A DNA stretch of 64,000 nucleotides from Somniosus microcephalus (GCA_052327205.1 JBMRGM010000037.1:54126001-54190000), one strand, 5' to 3'. Positions 48,784 to 60,773 are shown, counted from the stretch's first letter. Numbers and translations are program-made. The notes: a model not told the origin generated them from the sequence alone.

Positions 48784-51077
48784 AACTTTTCTCAACACTA
48801 AACCTGGTAAAAGCAGGCCTTACAGCTGCTTTTACCATGCACAAGAATTGTAATTGTTTTCTGCGGGCGGATGGTCTCCAAAAAACGGAACTGTCCTCCC
48901 GCAGAGGCCCTGCTCCCGGGCAGGCGGAGTATCCATCAAAAGCTTTCTTGACAGAGCGGAAATGCCGGTTTCCAGCGCATGCGTTGTGCATGCCAAAACC
49001 GGCATTTCCATTGGCCCTATGCGTGAGTACACAGCGCGTACACACCCGTAGGGAACGGAATTTCTGCCTCATTTTAAAAAAAGTCAGCAATTTACAAGGT
49101 AACTGAAGTAAGCCATGTTGCGATCCTCCACAAGCTTACCGGATCCTTTACACTGCTCTGTTGAAAGCCGACAAAGGTCTATTCTTGGCGCTCAGCGCTC
49201 CGTTGCAATTCGCTGGGTTGCCGATAGCCATTTCGCTGGATTTAGACCACTATTTGCGTGTTAAATGGGGAACATTTCACTGCTCATTATGCGTTAGTGG
49301 CATTGTAAACCTAGCGTGGACAAAAAACTTCTGAACACTATTTTACACCACTTTTACGATTTCGCTATCATTAAAGTCGCTGCCGCATTGCAGAAACCTC
49401 CCTCTCCTGATGCGACAAATATTTAAAATGTTTCAGTTACTCGACTTATGCATGCAAACATATGTACTTCAAGCGAGGACTCGTTCAGTGGGCTCAATTG
49501 GAAAAATTTATTTAATCCCGAGCCTTTTCATTTAATTTCATTACGACGTCCCCACTCAGTCGTGCATATTGGCCCCAAGCAGCAAATATTAGTCGCAAGC
49601 GTTTAAGTTATAACACAAACGTAGATCATGTTATAGAAACACATGCATGCCCGTATTGTTGCTAAAATCGATAACCTGAGTATTACAAAATATTTGCAGT
49701 AAAGAAACAAGCAATTTGGCGCAACTCGACCATGTCAGTGTTTATGCTTCACACGAACCTCCTCCCACCTTACTTCATCTAACCCTATCAGCAGATCCTT
49801 CGATTCCTTCTACCACTTGTAGTTATCTAGTTTCCTCGTCAATGCATCTATGATCTTCGCCTCAACCACTCCCTGTGGTAACGAGTTCCACATTGCCACT
49901 ACTCTCCGGGTAAAGAAGATTCTCCTGAATTCCCTATTGGATTTATTAATGGCTATCTTATATTTATGGCCCCTGGTTCTGGACTGCCCCACAAGTGGAA
50001 ACATCTTCCAAACGTCTACCCTGTCAAACCCCCTTCATAATCTTAAAAACCTCTGTCTGCTGACCATCAGCCTTCTCACTTCTCGCGAAAAGAGCCACAG
50101 TCTGTTCAATGTTTCCTGCTAGATATATCCACTCAGTTCTGATATCATCCTTGTAAGTCTTTTTTGCACCATCTCCAATGCCTCTATATCCTTTTTAGTA
50201 ATATGAAGACCAGAACTGTACACAGCACTCTAAATGTCTAAGCAAGATTCTGTACAAGTTTAACATAGCTTCCCATAACTCGATTGCATCGGGGAAACAA
50301 TTGAAAGCAACAATGGATTCATACTTTGTAACATCGTTGCAAACTTTTAAAGAGAAATGTACTTACTTTAATGAATCACAAAATGCCTTTCTTTGCAAAT
50401 ATTCTGGCGTCTTTGTCCCATTTATTCATTGAGCGCCTGTCTTTATTGTTAGACACATTTGGAGCCTCTTCAACACGAAGCCTGGCGGTGCATTCAGCTG
50501 CAGATAAAGCTTCTTAAGAAGAGAATGAATAAGTAGATCGTTCGGTCTCTTAGTTTGGGAACAGGTGCGTGGCGATGCGTGGAGATTTCAACAGAGATAA
50601 CATGAAACATTAACGGAACAACACATTTAAACAGGACACCTGGCCGACTTGCGCACCCCAGGTTTTACAGACATGAGATGCTCTGAGAGGTAGGTTCGGA
50701 AATTAGAGAGTGCACGATTTATTGTATATACTCAGTGCTACCTGTTTGAGGAAGAGTGGCCGGCACTTCCTGAGATCCTGCACGCTGTGGAAGGGTAAAG
50801 AGAAGTAATGAGGAGAGTAAGGGAGGGGGGAAGAGGAGAGGGTGCAGCAGAGGCAAGAAAGAGGGGAAGGAGGAATTGTGGAAACAAGCAAGGAAGACAG
50901 GAAGAATGATGGAATCGAGGAAGACAGGCAGGAAATAAGGAAGAAAGAGAGAAAGATAGGAAAAATGAAGAAAGGAAGAGAGAAGGAAAAAAGAAAGAAG
51001 GAAAGAAAGAAAGAAAGAAAGAAGGAAAGAAAGACAGAAAGAAAGAATGGAAGAAAGAAAGAAGGGATGAAGGCACG

Positions 51078-51483
51078 AGGGGCTAGATGGCCTCCTTCTC
51101 TTTCTATGTAACAGGCTCGAGGGGGCTGAATGGACTCCTCCTGTTCCTATGTAGCAGGCTGGTGGGGCTGAATGGCCTCGTCCTGTTCCTGTGTAACAGG
51201 CTCGTGGGGCTGAATGGCCACCTCCTGTTCCTGTGTAACAGGCTCGTGGGGCTGAATGGCCTCCTCCTGTTCCTGTGTAATAGGCTCGTGGGGCTGAATG
51301 GCCTCCTCCTGTTCCTGTGTAACAGGCTCGTGGGGCTGAATGGCCACCTCCTGTTCCTGTGTAACAGGCTCGTGGGGCTGAATGGCCACCTCCTGTTCCT
51401 GTGTAACAGGCTCGAAGGTCTGCATGGTCTCCTCCTGTTTCTGTCTAGCATGTTCGAGGGGCTGAATGGCCTGTTGCTATGTT
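51078..51483 (+). repeat. About 9-10 x 42-bp tandem repeat just upstream of the D segment
   Basis: Unit aatggcctcctcctgttcctgtgtaacaggctcgtggggctg at 51129, 51171, 51213, 51255 and onward. Confidence 0.93.
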
Positions 51484-51613
51484 CCGAAGATCTAACCAAC
51501 CTTTGAGACCTCAATGTCAAATGATGTCTGCAGCTGGATCCCCCGGCACCCGTTTAAGAGGCGGGGCCGTGTATCTTTTGCGTTCCTTTTTTGTATGACT
51601 GTATATCACCGTG

Positions 51614-51626
51614 GGGACAGGGGGGA
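51614..51626 (+). CDS. TRBD: TCR beta D segment GGGACAGGGGGGA (open in all frames: GTGG / GQGG / DRG)
   Basis: 5' RSS: CTTTTTTGT 51586-51594, 12 bp, CACCGTG 51607-51613. 3' RSS: CACGGTG 51627-51633, 23 bp, perfect ACAAAAACC 51657-51665. Core matches TRBD1 GGGACAGGGGGC. Confidence 0.96.
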
Positions 51627-52151
51627 CACGGTGATAAAAACCAATGCAGCCTCCGTACAAAAACCTCATTCTACAGGTGCCTCGGAAGATCAGCAAAGGA
51701 GCAGTGGCAACAGGTTCAAAGCTTCATCTTCACACGTGGACCATTGAGGGAACGAGTCCCTTTCTCTTTTGATAGGTACATTAGAATAGTCCACCTTTTT
51801 CACCGAGGGCACCTTTATGGAAAAGTGAATCAATTTGTGTCATGCCATGTGAACACCGGCTATTCGTACTCCACCCAACCCACAAACCCAACCAACGGTG
51901 CCCTACGTCTAATATCTTTCCCTCATTCAACATCACCACAAAATGATCCGGTCATTAATCACATTGCTCTTTGTTGGAATATGCTTTTCGGCCATTGGCT
52001 GCCTTGTTTCCCTGCATTACAACAGTGACCAAACTTAATTGGCTTTGAAGTGCTTTGGGGCGTCCTGAGAGGCGTTGCACTAAATGCTTAAAATTCCAAG
52101 TTTTAGCGGCTTGCTTTTGACGGTGTTGATGTAACGGGATCTGCTGACGTG

Positions 52152-52199
52152 CTGGGACAACAGTTCACTTCGGGACAGGCACCAAACTAACGGTATTAG
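52152..52199 (+). CDS. TRBJ: TRB J1 (GTTVHFGTGTKLTVL)
   Basis: FGxG motif and GTAAGG donor. Weak RSS: TGTTGATGT-12-TGACGTG (52124-52151). Confidence 0.82.
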
Positions 52200-52752
52200 G
52201 TAAGGAATGCGAAGTTCTTCTCGAAATTCATGTCTAGCTGTGTGCATTTCAAACTCGTTGCCGAACTGGAATGTTTGCAAAGTCAGGCGGACTGTTAGGA
52301 CCGTCTCCATACCGGCGAGAAACACACTGCGTCCATTTGTCACATTTGTGCAATATTCCATCCCTGGGGCATTGATTTGCAAAGAGCGGATGGCTGTTTA
52401 ATCCACGGCTCTTCACTCTATGTAAACTCAATACAGTTGGACGTTGTTGCGCCACAAGCTTAAATACAAGAGTGGGTAATCGACCGTGCTCTCAACAGTC
52501 TTAACATAACCCATGAATAGTTTATAATTGCATGCATACAGGGTGATATTTAATCAATAGATTAACATGGGATCCATAGAGATTAGAATTGAATCGTGCA
52601 GGTTAGTCTAGAATCCATAGATTAGAATTGAATCATACAGGTTAGTATAGAACCCATAGATTAGCATGGAATCTTACAGATTGGAATGGGATGATACAGA
52701 TTAGAATAGGAACCGGTTTTGAGTCTTTTTGAGACGGTGTGGTGTCACTGTG

Positions 52753-52800
52753 ATGGAGACGTGAATTACTTCGGACAGGGCACGAAATTAACAGTTCTAG
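52753..52800 (+). CDS. TRBJ: TRB J2 (GDVNYFGQGTKLTVL)
   Basis: CTTTTTGAG-12-CACTGTG (52725-52752); GTAAGC donor. Confidence 0.93.
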
Positions 52801-52998
52801 GTAAGCCAATTATCTCCCTTCTCTTTAGCTTCGCTCCAGAATGGTGGACACATTTTTTACTGATTAGTGAAATGCTCCGTTTTACAAAACATGTTCAATA
52901 TGAGACTCGCTTCGTGAATGTTTGCAAGTAAACGTATCAAACGCTTTCAGTTGCAACAGGACAGTTCCCCTGTTCTTGACTTAGACTTTGGCATCGTG

Positions 52999-53046
52999 CA
53001 GGCAACATTGTTTACTTCGGCGGGGGAACCAAGTTGACTGTTTTGG
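52999..53046 (+). CDS. TRBJ: TRB J3 (GNIVYFGGGTKLTVL)
   Basis: TGTTCTTGA-12-CATCGTG (52971-52998); GTAAGG donor. Confidence 0.9.
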
Positions 53047-53695
53047 GTAAGGCAACTGCGTAATTCTTTCCTTCTATCGTTCAAAATCTATGTCTAAACC
53101 TGCTTAAAAGATCGATGGGGGCAAATGTTAAAAGGGTTAAATAATGAGGACGGGTTGCACAGACTCGGCTTGTGTTCCCTTGAATCTAGAAAATTAAGCA
53201 GTGACATAATCGAGACGTATAAGAATTTGACAGGGTAGATAAAGTGAAACGACTTCCTCTGGCGGGGGTCACCAGAACAAGGGGGGATCACTTTAAATTA
53301 GAGCAAGGCCGTTCAGTGGGGATGTCAGGAAGCAATTCTTCACACACAATGTAATGGAAATGTGTAACTCTCTCCCCCAAAAAGCTGTTGAGACGGTGGG
53401 GCAGTTGATAATGTCATGACTTAGATTGCCAGATGTTTGTTAGGCAAGGTAATTAAGTGTTACAGAACCAAGGCGGGTTAACGGAGTTAAGATACAGATC
53501 AGCCATGATCTAAATGAACGGTGGAAACAGGCTCGAGGGGCTGAATGCCCCGCTCCTGTCCCTATGCCCCTATGTTCCTACGTTCTTGTCAACATTACGG
53601 GCCATTAGTATAGCTGAAACCGTCACAAGCTCCGCTAGAACAGACCTAGCGATCCAATCTCATGGGGGGTTTTGCTACAGCCCCGGACCGTTGTG

Positions 53696-53745
53696 TTCTG
53701 CTAGTGAAGCTTACTTCGGAGGCGGGACAAAGCTGGTCGTTTTAG
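53696..53745 (+). CDS. TRBJ: TRB J4 (SASEAYFGGGTKLVVL)
   Basis: GGTTTTGCT-12-CGTTGTG (53668-53695); GTAAGT donor. Confidence 0.93.
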
Positions 53746-55970
53746 GTAAGTGAATGGACGCCTAATGCCAACATAGTTGATAGAATTCATGAATTTATGC
53801 GGGGGATGGGGGGAGTGAAAATATTGGAACATAGTAAAATAATTCCGACCCTTTAACTTACTAAGAGAACTCGCGAGTGTCGAATGCATATGCTCTGTAG
53901 GACAGGAGATTGAGAGGGAACACAACGGGAGGTGTTCTAAAATACACAGAATAGACAGATCCAAACATTCAAATTATTCAATGTGGCCTGTGAGAGCAGA
54001 ACGAGAGCCATAGAACTGAAAAAATATTGTACTCCATTATTCTGTGCACCGTTCTGGTTTCCCTGTTATACAATAATGTATATAGAGGCACTGGAGAATG
54101 TGAAAAATATACAAGGGTGATAATGAGAGGTTATAAATATCAATAAAAAATTGATTAGACTGGGGAAATTCTCTCTAGAAAACAGAAGGCTGTGGGGTGT
54201 CTTGATAAACAGAACAATAAGCAATGCAGATGCAAACAGATTTATTGAATGTGGCGTGTGAGAGCAGAACAAGCATCACAGAATTGAACAAATACGATAA
54301 TGTGCACCGTTCTGGTCTCCATTTTATAAAATATTGCATATAGAGGCACTGGAGCAGGTGAAAGATATATACAGATGATAACATAGGAACATAAGAAATA
54401 GGAGCAGGAGAAGGCCATTAGGCCCCTCGAGCCTGCTCCGCCATTCAATGAGATCATGGTTGGTCTGAACTTGGCCTCAACGCCACTTTTCTGCCTGTTC
54501 CCCATAAACCTTGACTCAAAAATCCGTCTATCTCCGCCTTGAATATATTCAATGACTCAGCGTCCACACCTCTCTAGGGTAGAGAATTCCAAATATTCAC
54601 GACCCTCTGAGAGAAGAAAGGAGTGTTTATAAATATCAATAAATACTGAATGGACTGGGGAACGTGCCTCTGGAAGAGAGAAGGCTGAGGGGTGTCTTGA
54701 TGGTGGTCTTTACGGTTAGAAAGTGTTTGATAGGGTAGACGTAACAGAAGATGTTTCCACTTGTGGGAGATACTAAAACAAAGAGGCCATGAATATAAGT
54801 TTGCAACTAATAAATCCAATAAGGAATTCAGGAGAAACTCATTTCCCAGGGACTAGTCAGAATCTGGATACTCGCTACCACAAGGAATAGTTCAGGTGAA
54901 TAGCATAGACTCATTCAAGGGGAATCAAGATTAACCCATGCGGAAGAAAGGAGCAGAAGATTACGCTGATAGGGTTAAATGAGAAAGGGCGGGAGCAGGT
55001 CCGTGTGGAGCATAAACACCGGCATGGAACTGATGGGCAGAATAGCCTCTTCCTGTGCTGTATAATTCTATGTAATGCTGTGTAATTCTCACTGACCTAA
55101 AGCGATTAACTGATTAACAGCATTTCGAAGCAAGAAAAGCGAACAATCTCTTACTGGGGAATGGGATTTGCAAGTTATATGGCGTAGGGGTGACATCAGC
55201 TGAAAGTCCAAGTGCAAATTTCACACCAGCAAAAGTAACTGCTCAGTGCTTTATAATGGTCCATTTCAAGTTATGAAGAGTGCAGATTTTGGCGAAGTTT
55301 ACTGTCGGGAGGAGCATTGAGAGATATTTTACAGTCTCCCCGATATTCAGCTTATTAAACGAACTAGACAGTGTTCCTGAGCTCGCGGATCTGTGCAAGG
55401 TGAGGCCTCCATATGCCAAATGACCGTTCGTCAATCACCAGAATGATACCGCAGCTAGGAGAGTTACATTATGAGGACATGTTGCATTGAGTAGGTTGTA
55501 GTACCTTGAGTATTGAAGATTAAGGGGTGATCTAAATGTGGTGTTTAAGATGATTAAAGGCTTTGATAAGGTAGATAGAAAAAATGTTTTCCTCTAGTGG
55601 GAGAGCCCAGAACAAGGGAGCATCGCAAACTGTTGAGGCTAGAGGTCAATTGTAACCTTCAAATCTGAATATTGATAGAGTGTTGTTATGCAAGGTTATT
55701 AAAGGATATGGAAGCAAGGCAGGTTCATGGTGTTAAGTACAGATGAGCCATGACCTCATTCAATGGCAGAACAGGGCCGATGGGCTGAATGGCCTAACCC
55801 TGTTCCTATATTGCTATGTACTATATTTCTATGTTTCTCTATTCCTATGTTCCCATGTTCCTTTGGTCCTCTCTTCCTATGTTCCTAAGCACACTGTTGA
55901 TATGAAGGGCTCCCTCGGAACACCGCTCAAAAATAGGTAAGAGGTTTTAATACAAAGACTTACCTTTGTG

Positions 55971-56020
55971 CTCTGCTGATATTTACTATTTCGGAGCTGG
56001 GACTAAATTGGCTGTTTTAG
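55971..56020 (+). CDS. TRBJ: TRB J5 (SADIYYFGAGTKLAVL)
   Basis: GGTTTTAAT-12-CTTTGTG (55943-55970); GTAAGT donor. Confidence 0.92.
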
Positions 56021-56039
56021 GTAAGTTTACATATACATA

Positions 56040-56230
56040 ATTAATATATATATATATTTCTAACTATCTCTCTATTATATGTATATATATATATATCCAT
56101 TGTTGCATCGATCCACCTATCTATCTATCCATCTATCTATCTGTCTGTCAGTCGGTCTGGAAGCCTGTCTGTCTGTCTGTCTTTCTTTCTTTTTGTCTGT
56201 CCATCTTTCTATCTAACTGCCTATCTATCA

Positions 56231-56278
<48 letters not shown>

Positions 56279-56389
56279 GTCTACCTATCTATCCATCCCG
56301 CCATCTCTCTAGCTCTCTCTGGCTCTCTATCAATCACTCGCTCACTCTCCATCTCTCTCCCCATCTCTATCTTTCTATCTATCTATCTG

Positions 56390-56436
<47 letters not shown>

Positions 56437-56575
56437 CTACCTCTCTTTATTTCCATCTCTCTCGCCATCTATCTCTATCTCTGTCTATCTCTCTATCTAA
56501 CTATATATAGAGAGGTAGATATATGTGTATTTATATGTATATTTATCTATCTATGTTTTTTATCAGTCTGTTTAT
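56040..56575. repeat. (TA)n/(TATC)n/(TC)n microsatellite block between J5 and J6
   Basis: Long tatc runs at 56230-56280 and 56375-56435. Confidence 0.92.
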
Positions 56576-56620
56576 CTGTTTACCCACATTTGTGTTTTGG
56601 TACTGTTGTTTAGTGTAGTG

Positions 56621-56676
56621 TGGCGGGAATAACAACCCTTTACATTTTGGAGAAGGGTCGACGTTAACGATTTTGG
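56621..56676 (+). CDS. TRBJ: TRB J6 (GGNNNPLHFGEGSTLTIL)
   Basis: TGTTTTGGT-12-TGTAGTG (56593-56620; the heptamer could be shifted by 2 nt); GTGAGT donor. Confidence 0.85.
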
Positions 56677-57018
56677 GTGAGTTGGCATAAAAATTGAATG
56701 AAGCAAGGATGTCTGCTTTCATCCTGCACGAAGAATGTATTTAATAATTAGGAAGAATTCTTCCAATGAGTAAATTTTCCAGTATTGTCAGGACTGTAAT
56801 TGTGGACAACTGAGAAAATGGTTCACACATAGACAATTGGAAGGTTTGGGGGAAGCTGTTCGTTTAAATTTCAAACCTCCTTTTTCGTTTATGTGTTTGT
56901 GTTTATTTATGGTTAGCTGCCGTTAGCCAAAGGTCAATAAAAAATATTAATGAGAGGGGCAATGAGCATTTCCAGGAAACTGTTGAGGAATGATTTTGTG
57001 ATGTGACATAATGATGTG

Positions 57019-57076
57019 GGAGCAGGAACTGGCCAACCTTTGTATTTTGGTGATGGTACTAAGTTAACCGTTCTGG
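57019..57076 (+). CDS. TRBJ: TRB J7 (GAGTGQPLYFGDGTKLTVL)
   Basis: TGATTTTGT-12-TGATGTG (56991-57018); GTGAGT donor. Confidence 0.9.
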
Positions 57077-57544
57077 GTGAGTATGATATTGGTCAACATA
57101 TATCAGTTAACAACTTGTAGTTGGGCTCAATAAGCACTGAATCTGTCGACTGATTTGCTCTCTTCAGTTTAAAGAAAAGGGAGACAATATATAATTTGGG
57201 AAAAGAGTAAGCATTGTAATAAAGAAGCCAAAATTAAAACAACTAAACGTGGGGGCAAAGCTTTGTGGAGTGGGGGAGGTATGGCGAAAGAGGAAGAGGC
57301 AACCAGGTATACAGAGAGACAGGTGGGGAGAAAAATTCAGACAGAACGGGAGGGAGCTGGGAAATTAGAAACAGACAGAAGGAAAGAGGCAGAGACGAGG
57401 AGAACAAGTTTAACAAAAAGTGACAGAGAGCAATAGGGCGGGATAATGAGTGTAAGACAATACAAAATGTTCCAACTGTGCTTATCAGTAGTTGCTTAGA
57501 GAGATAAAGAGTCACTAGTTTTGTTATGACAGTGTAACATTGTG

Positions 57545-57596
57545 TCAGGAAACTACGATTATACATTTGGTGATGGTACAAAACTCGTGGTTTTAG
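57545..57596 (+). CDS. TRBJ: TRB J8 (SGNYDYTFGDGTKLVVL)
   Basis: AGTTTTGTT-12-CATTGTG (57517-57544); GTAAGT donor. Confidence 0.94.
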
Positions 57597-58927
57597 GTAA
57601 GTGATGAAGAGCCAAACTGGCTCTTCAAATTAAAGTGGGATCAGCGAGAATCATTTCGAGAGGGCTGTTGGAGCATTGTCTCATTGAAATTTAAAATGGT
57701 TGAAACCTAGCTACAGAACCATGGGCCTGATACATGAGTATGGCCCTAATCATATTTGTGTTCCCATTCCATCGATTGCTTCCGAGCCTTAAGAACATAA
57801 GAAATAAGCGCAGGATTTGGTCATTTGGCCCTTCGGGGCTGCTCTGCCATTCAATAAGATCATGGCTGATGTTCTACCTCATCTGCACTTTCCTGAACTA
57901 TCCCCATATCCCTTGATTCCCTTAATATTCACCTAATAGCCCTATGTTAAATATCGACTATTTCCTGAGACAAAATCACTGGCATATTGTGGGTGTGGAA
58001 ATCGACATTTGATAACTGCCTAGGTTATGAGGGGCTGAATGACCTACTTCTGTTCCTAACGTCCCTCTAACGGTTTCACACGAGTTGTTGATAGGAGTGA
58101 GGTGGTGGGACAAATCGATCACAAAAGCGTCAAGAGCTTTAGAATGAACAGTAGGCGAAGGTGGGAAGCGCTGTAATTGACTAAGGAGTTGGGCAAATAA
58201 CCTTTATAAATCACTAGTTCGGTCCCAGCTGGAGTGTTGTGTCCAGTTCTTCGTGACCACACGCTAGGGCGATGTCAAGGCCTTAGAGAGGGTGTAGGAG
58301 AGATTTACTGGAATGGTACCAGGGATGATGGGTTTCAGTTATGTGGAGAGACTGGAGAAGCTGGGATTGTTCTCCTTCGAGCAGAGAACGTTAAGTGGAT
58401 ATTAATTAGAGGTGTTCGAATTAATGAAGGGTTTGGATAGAGTGAATAATCAGAAATAGTTTCAATTGGTAGAAGAGCCAGTAACCAGAGGACTCAGCTT
58501 TAAGATAAAAGAACCAGAGACGAGATGAGGATACTTTTTTTTATGCAGGAAGTTGTTATGATCTGGAATGGAATGTCTGAGAGGTTAGTGGAAGGAGTTT
58601 AAATAGAAAGTTTCAGAAAAGTAATTGGACAAATACTTGAAGGGGAAAATATTTTCAGGTCTTAGGGGAAATGGCAGGACAGTGGGACTAATTGGACAGC
58701 TCTTTCAAAGAGCCAGTATAGTAAATATGGGCTGAATGGCCTTCTGTGCTTTATCATCTATGATTCCGTGTCCTTGTTTAAGAACCACACATGTAGAATT
58801 GCGAATATATAAATTAAATTAAAGGGATGAAATCTATAAACGTTCCAGATTGCAGGGGCCAGGTGTAATACAGGGCAGGAACGCTACCTTGTCTCGTGAG
58901 GTTTTGATACGAGGGTCTCTCACTGTG

Positions 58928-58977
58928 TTCTGGGACTGAATATCACTTTGGAAGCGGGACCAAGTTGGTCGTGATAG
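58928..58977 (+). CDS. TRBJ: TRB J9 (SGTEYHFGSGTKLVVI)
   Basis: GGTTTTGAT-12-CACTGTG (58900-58927); GTGAGT donor. Confidence 0.94.
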
Positions 58978-59302
58978 GTGAGTTGAGAGATGATAAGTCA
59001 ACTCTGAAAATGCATGCTGGCAAAACTGGTAGGAAAGAGGTTTAAGGTTCTGGGCCGACTGCTGAAAGACTGTTTGTTTACAGAGCATTTAAGATATGGA
59101 CACTGGCAAGCCAGTGAACAGAGAGACAGAGACAAGGGACAAGACTGATTCTTGAATTGTATGCAAGGAAACGCGTATTTAAAGGGGAAATTTCCCATGT
59201 TTAGCTTGTTATAAACACCAAACATGAACGTTATCTTTCCCCCAAATATCCCGCTCCCCTTTAGAGACCAAATTAGTTTTGCTAATGGGTTGAAACACTG
59301 TG

Positions 59303-59355
59303 CTCTGGAGGTTATGATTATTTCTTTGGTGACGGGACTAAGCTGACGGTGTTGG
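59303..59355 (+). CDS. TRBJ: TRB J10 (SGGYDYFFGDGTKLTVL)
   Basis: AGTTTTGCT-12-CACTGTG (59275-59302); GTGAGT donor. Confidence 0.94.
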
Positions 59356-60048
59356 GTGAGTTGAATAATTTAAAAGAACGTTTGCAGTTGATGCTGTTTA
59401 TAGTTTTCGGTTTGCAACTGAAGAAATGCATTGGAAAATAGATCATTTCGCCGTAGTTCTAAAAGAACCATTTTCAGGCCGGCAATCCGAATGAGCATTA
59501 AAACCAGGCTTCAATGACAAAATCATAACTGGTGACTTCAGTGCAAAATATACAGAGAAAGGTGTTACTTTTCACAGAGGGCAGATCACATTTTTGCGGG
59601 TTGTTCATTTTCAAAAATGAATATAATCGTTCTTCCCAACAAATGAAAGCAAACCTATACTATTATTACATAGAGTTACGGCGCAGAAAGCGGCCATTCG
59701 GTCCCACTGGTTTGTGCCGGTGCTGATGCTCCCCACGATCCTCCTACCAGCCACACTTCATTTACCATTGTATTCCCTTTCCCCTCTCATGTGTTTATCT
59801 ACCATTCCCTTAAATATATCTATGCTAGTCGCCTCAACCACTCCCTGTGGTAGAAAGTTCCACATTCTCACCGCTCTCTGGGCAAAGAAGTTTCTACTGA
59901 ATACCTCATGATGAATTTGTCATGCACATAATTATGTCCTCACTATAAAGACTCGAATGGACAGCAGAGTTCGTGTTGAGCTTTGCATCAATGCACTAGC
60001 TCCGTTCCTCTTCGACCTGCAGTTTTGCTACAGTCCTGTAACACTGTG

Positions 60049-60101
60049 TACAGGAAATAATCAATATTACTTTGGCGAAGGTACAAAACTGGTCGTTTTA
60101 G
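60049..60101 (+). CDS. TRBJ: TRB J11 (TGNNQYYFGEGTKLVVL)
   Basis: AGTTTTGCT-12-CACTGTG (60021-60048); GTGAGT donor. Confidence 0.94.
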
Positions 60102-60179
60102 GTGAGTCCAGAACTAAAGCTTTTGTCATTTCCAATAATGAGGCCGCTTGCGTTTTTCAGATCAACTTAAATGCTCCAA

Positions 60180-60640
60180 ATTACATCATACTCTAGAGTC
60201 TCCAGAATCACCTCGCTAACCTACATTGGCACCCCATCAGGCTACACCTCGATTTTACAATTCTCCATCCTTTTTTTTCAAATCCCTCCGTGGGCTCGCT
60301 CCTTCCCCTTCTCTGCAATCACCTCCAGATTCACAACCCCCGAGATCTCTGCTCTCCTCCAACTCTGCCCTTCCTGATTATAATCGCTTCACCGTTGGTG
60401 GCCGTGCCTTCAGCTGCCGAAGCCCTAAGCTCTGGAATTCCCTCCCTAAACCTCTCCGCCTATCTCTCCTCCTTTAAGATACAACTTAAAACATACCTCT
60501 TTGAACAAGCTTTTGCTCACCTGTCCCTAAGATCTACTTAAGTAGCTCGCTGTCACATTTTGTTTGATATCGCTCATGTGAAGTGCCTTGGGACGTTTTA
60601 CCACGTTAAAGGCGCTATATAAATACCAATTGTTGTTGTA
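60180..60640 (+). mobile_element. L2-like LINE 3' fragment
   Basis: 'RSLLSS..TVGGRAFSC..PKLWNSLP..LR' remnant. The tail 'gccttgggacgttttaccacgttaaaggcgctatataaat' resembles the DeuSINE tails. Confidence 0.7.
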
Positions 60641-60773
60641 GAATGCATTATCGCTGCCTTTACATGACAGTATATTAGTCTGTAAGCTTACCGATTGAGC
60701 ATATCTTGCTGAAGGCGGTGCATTCAAAATTGTTAACCAGTTGGTAGTTTTAACACTGCCCTGTAGCACTGTG

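Noticed and set aside
51087-51520. Repetitive ORFs or a CRISPR-like array
   Set aside because: Contiguous 42-bp units with no unique spacers, in a vertebrate locus; this is a minisatellite.
51634-51642. Nonamer-like ATAAAAACC inside the D 3' spacer as a second RSS
   Set aside because: No CAC heptamer 12 or 23 nt upstream; CACCGTG is 20 nt away.
51790-51830. 'FTEGTFMEK' as a pseudo-J
   Set aside because: Lacks FG, has no GTG-ending heptamer and no convincing splice donor.
52753-52758. J2 5' ATGGAG equals the 3' end of V2-V5 (microhomology for direct V-J joins)
   Set aside because: Only 6 nt in one J; chance cannot be excluded, and V normally joins D.
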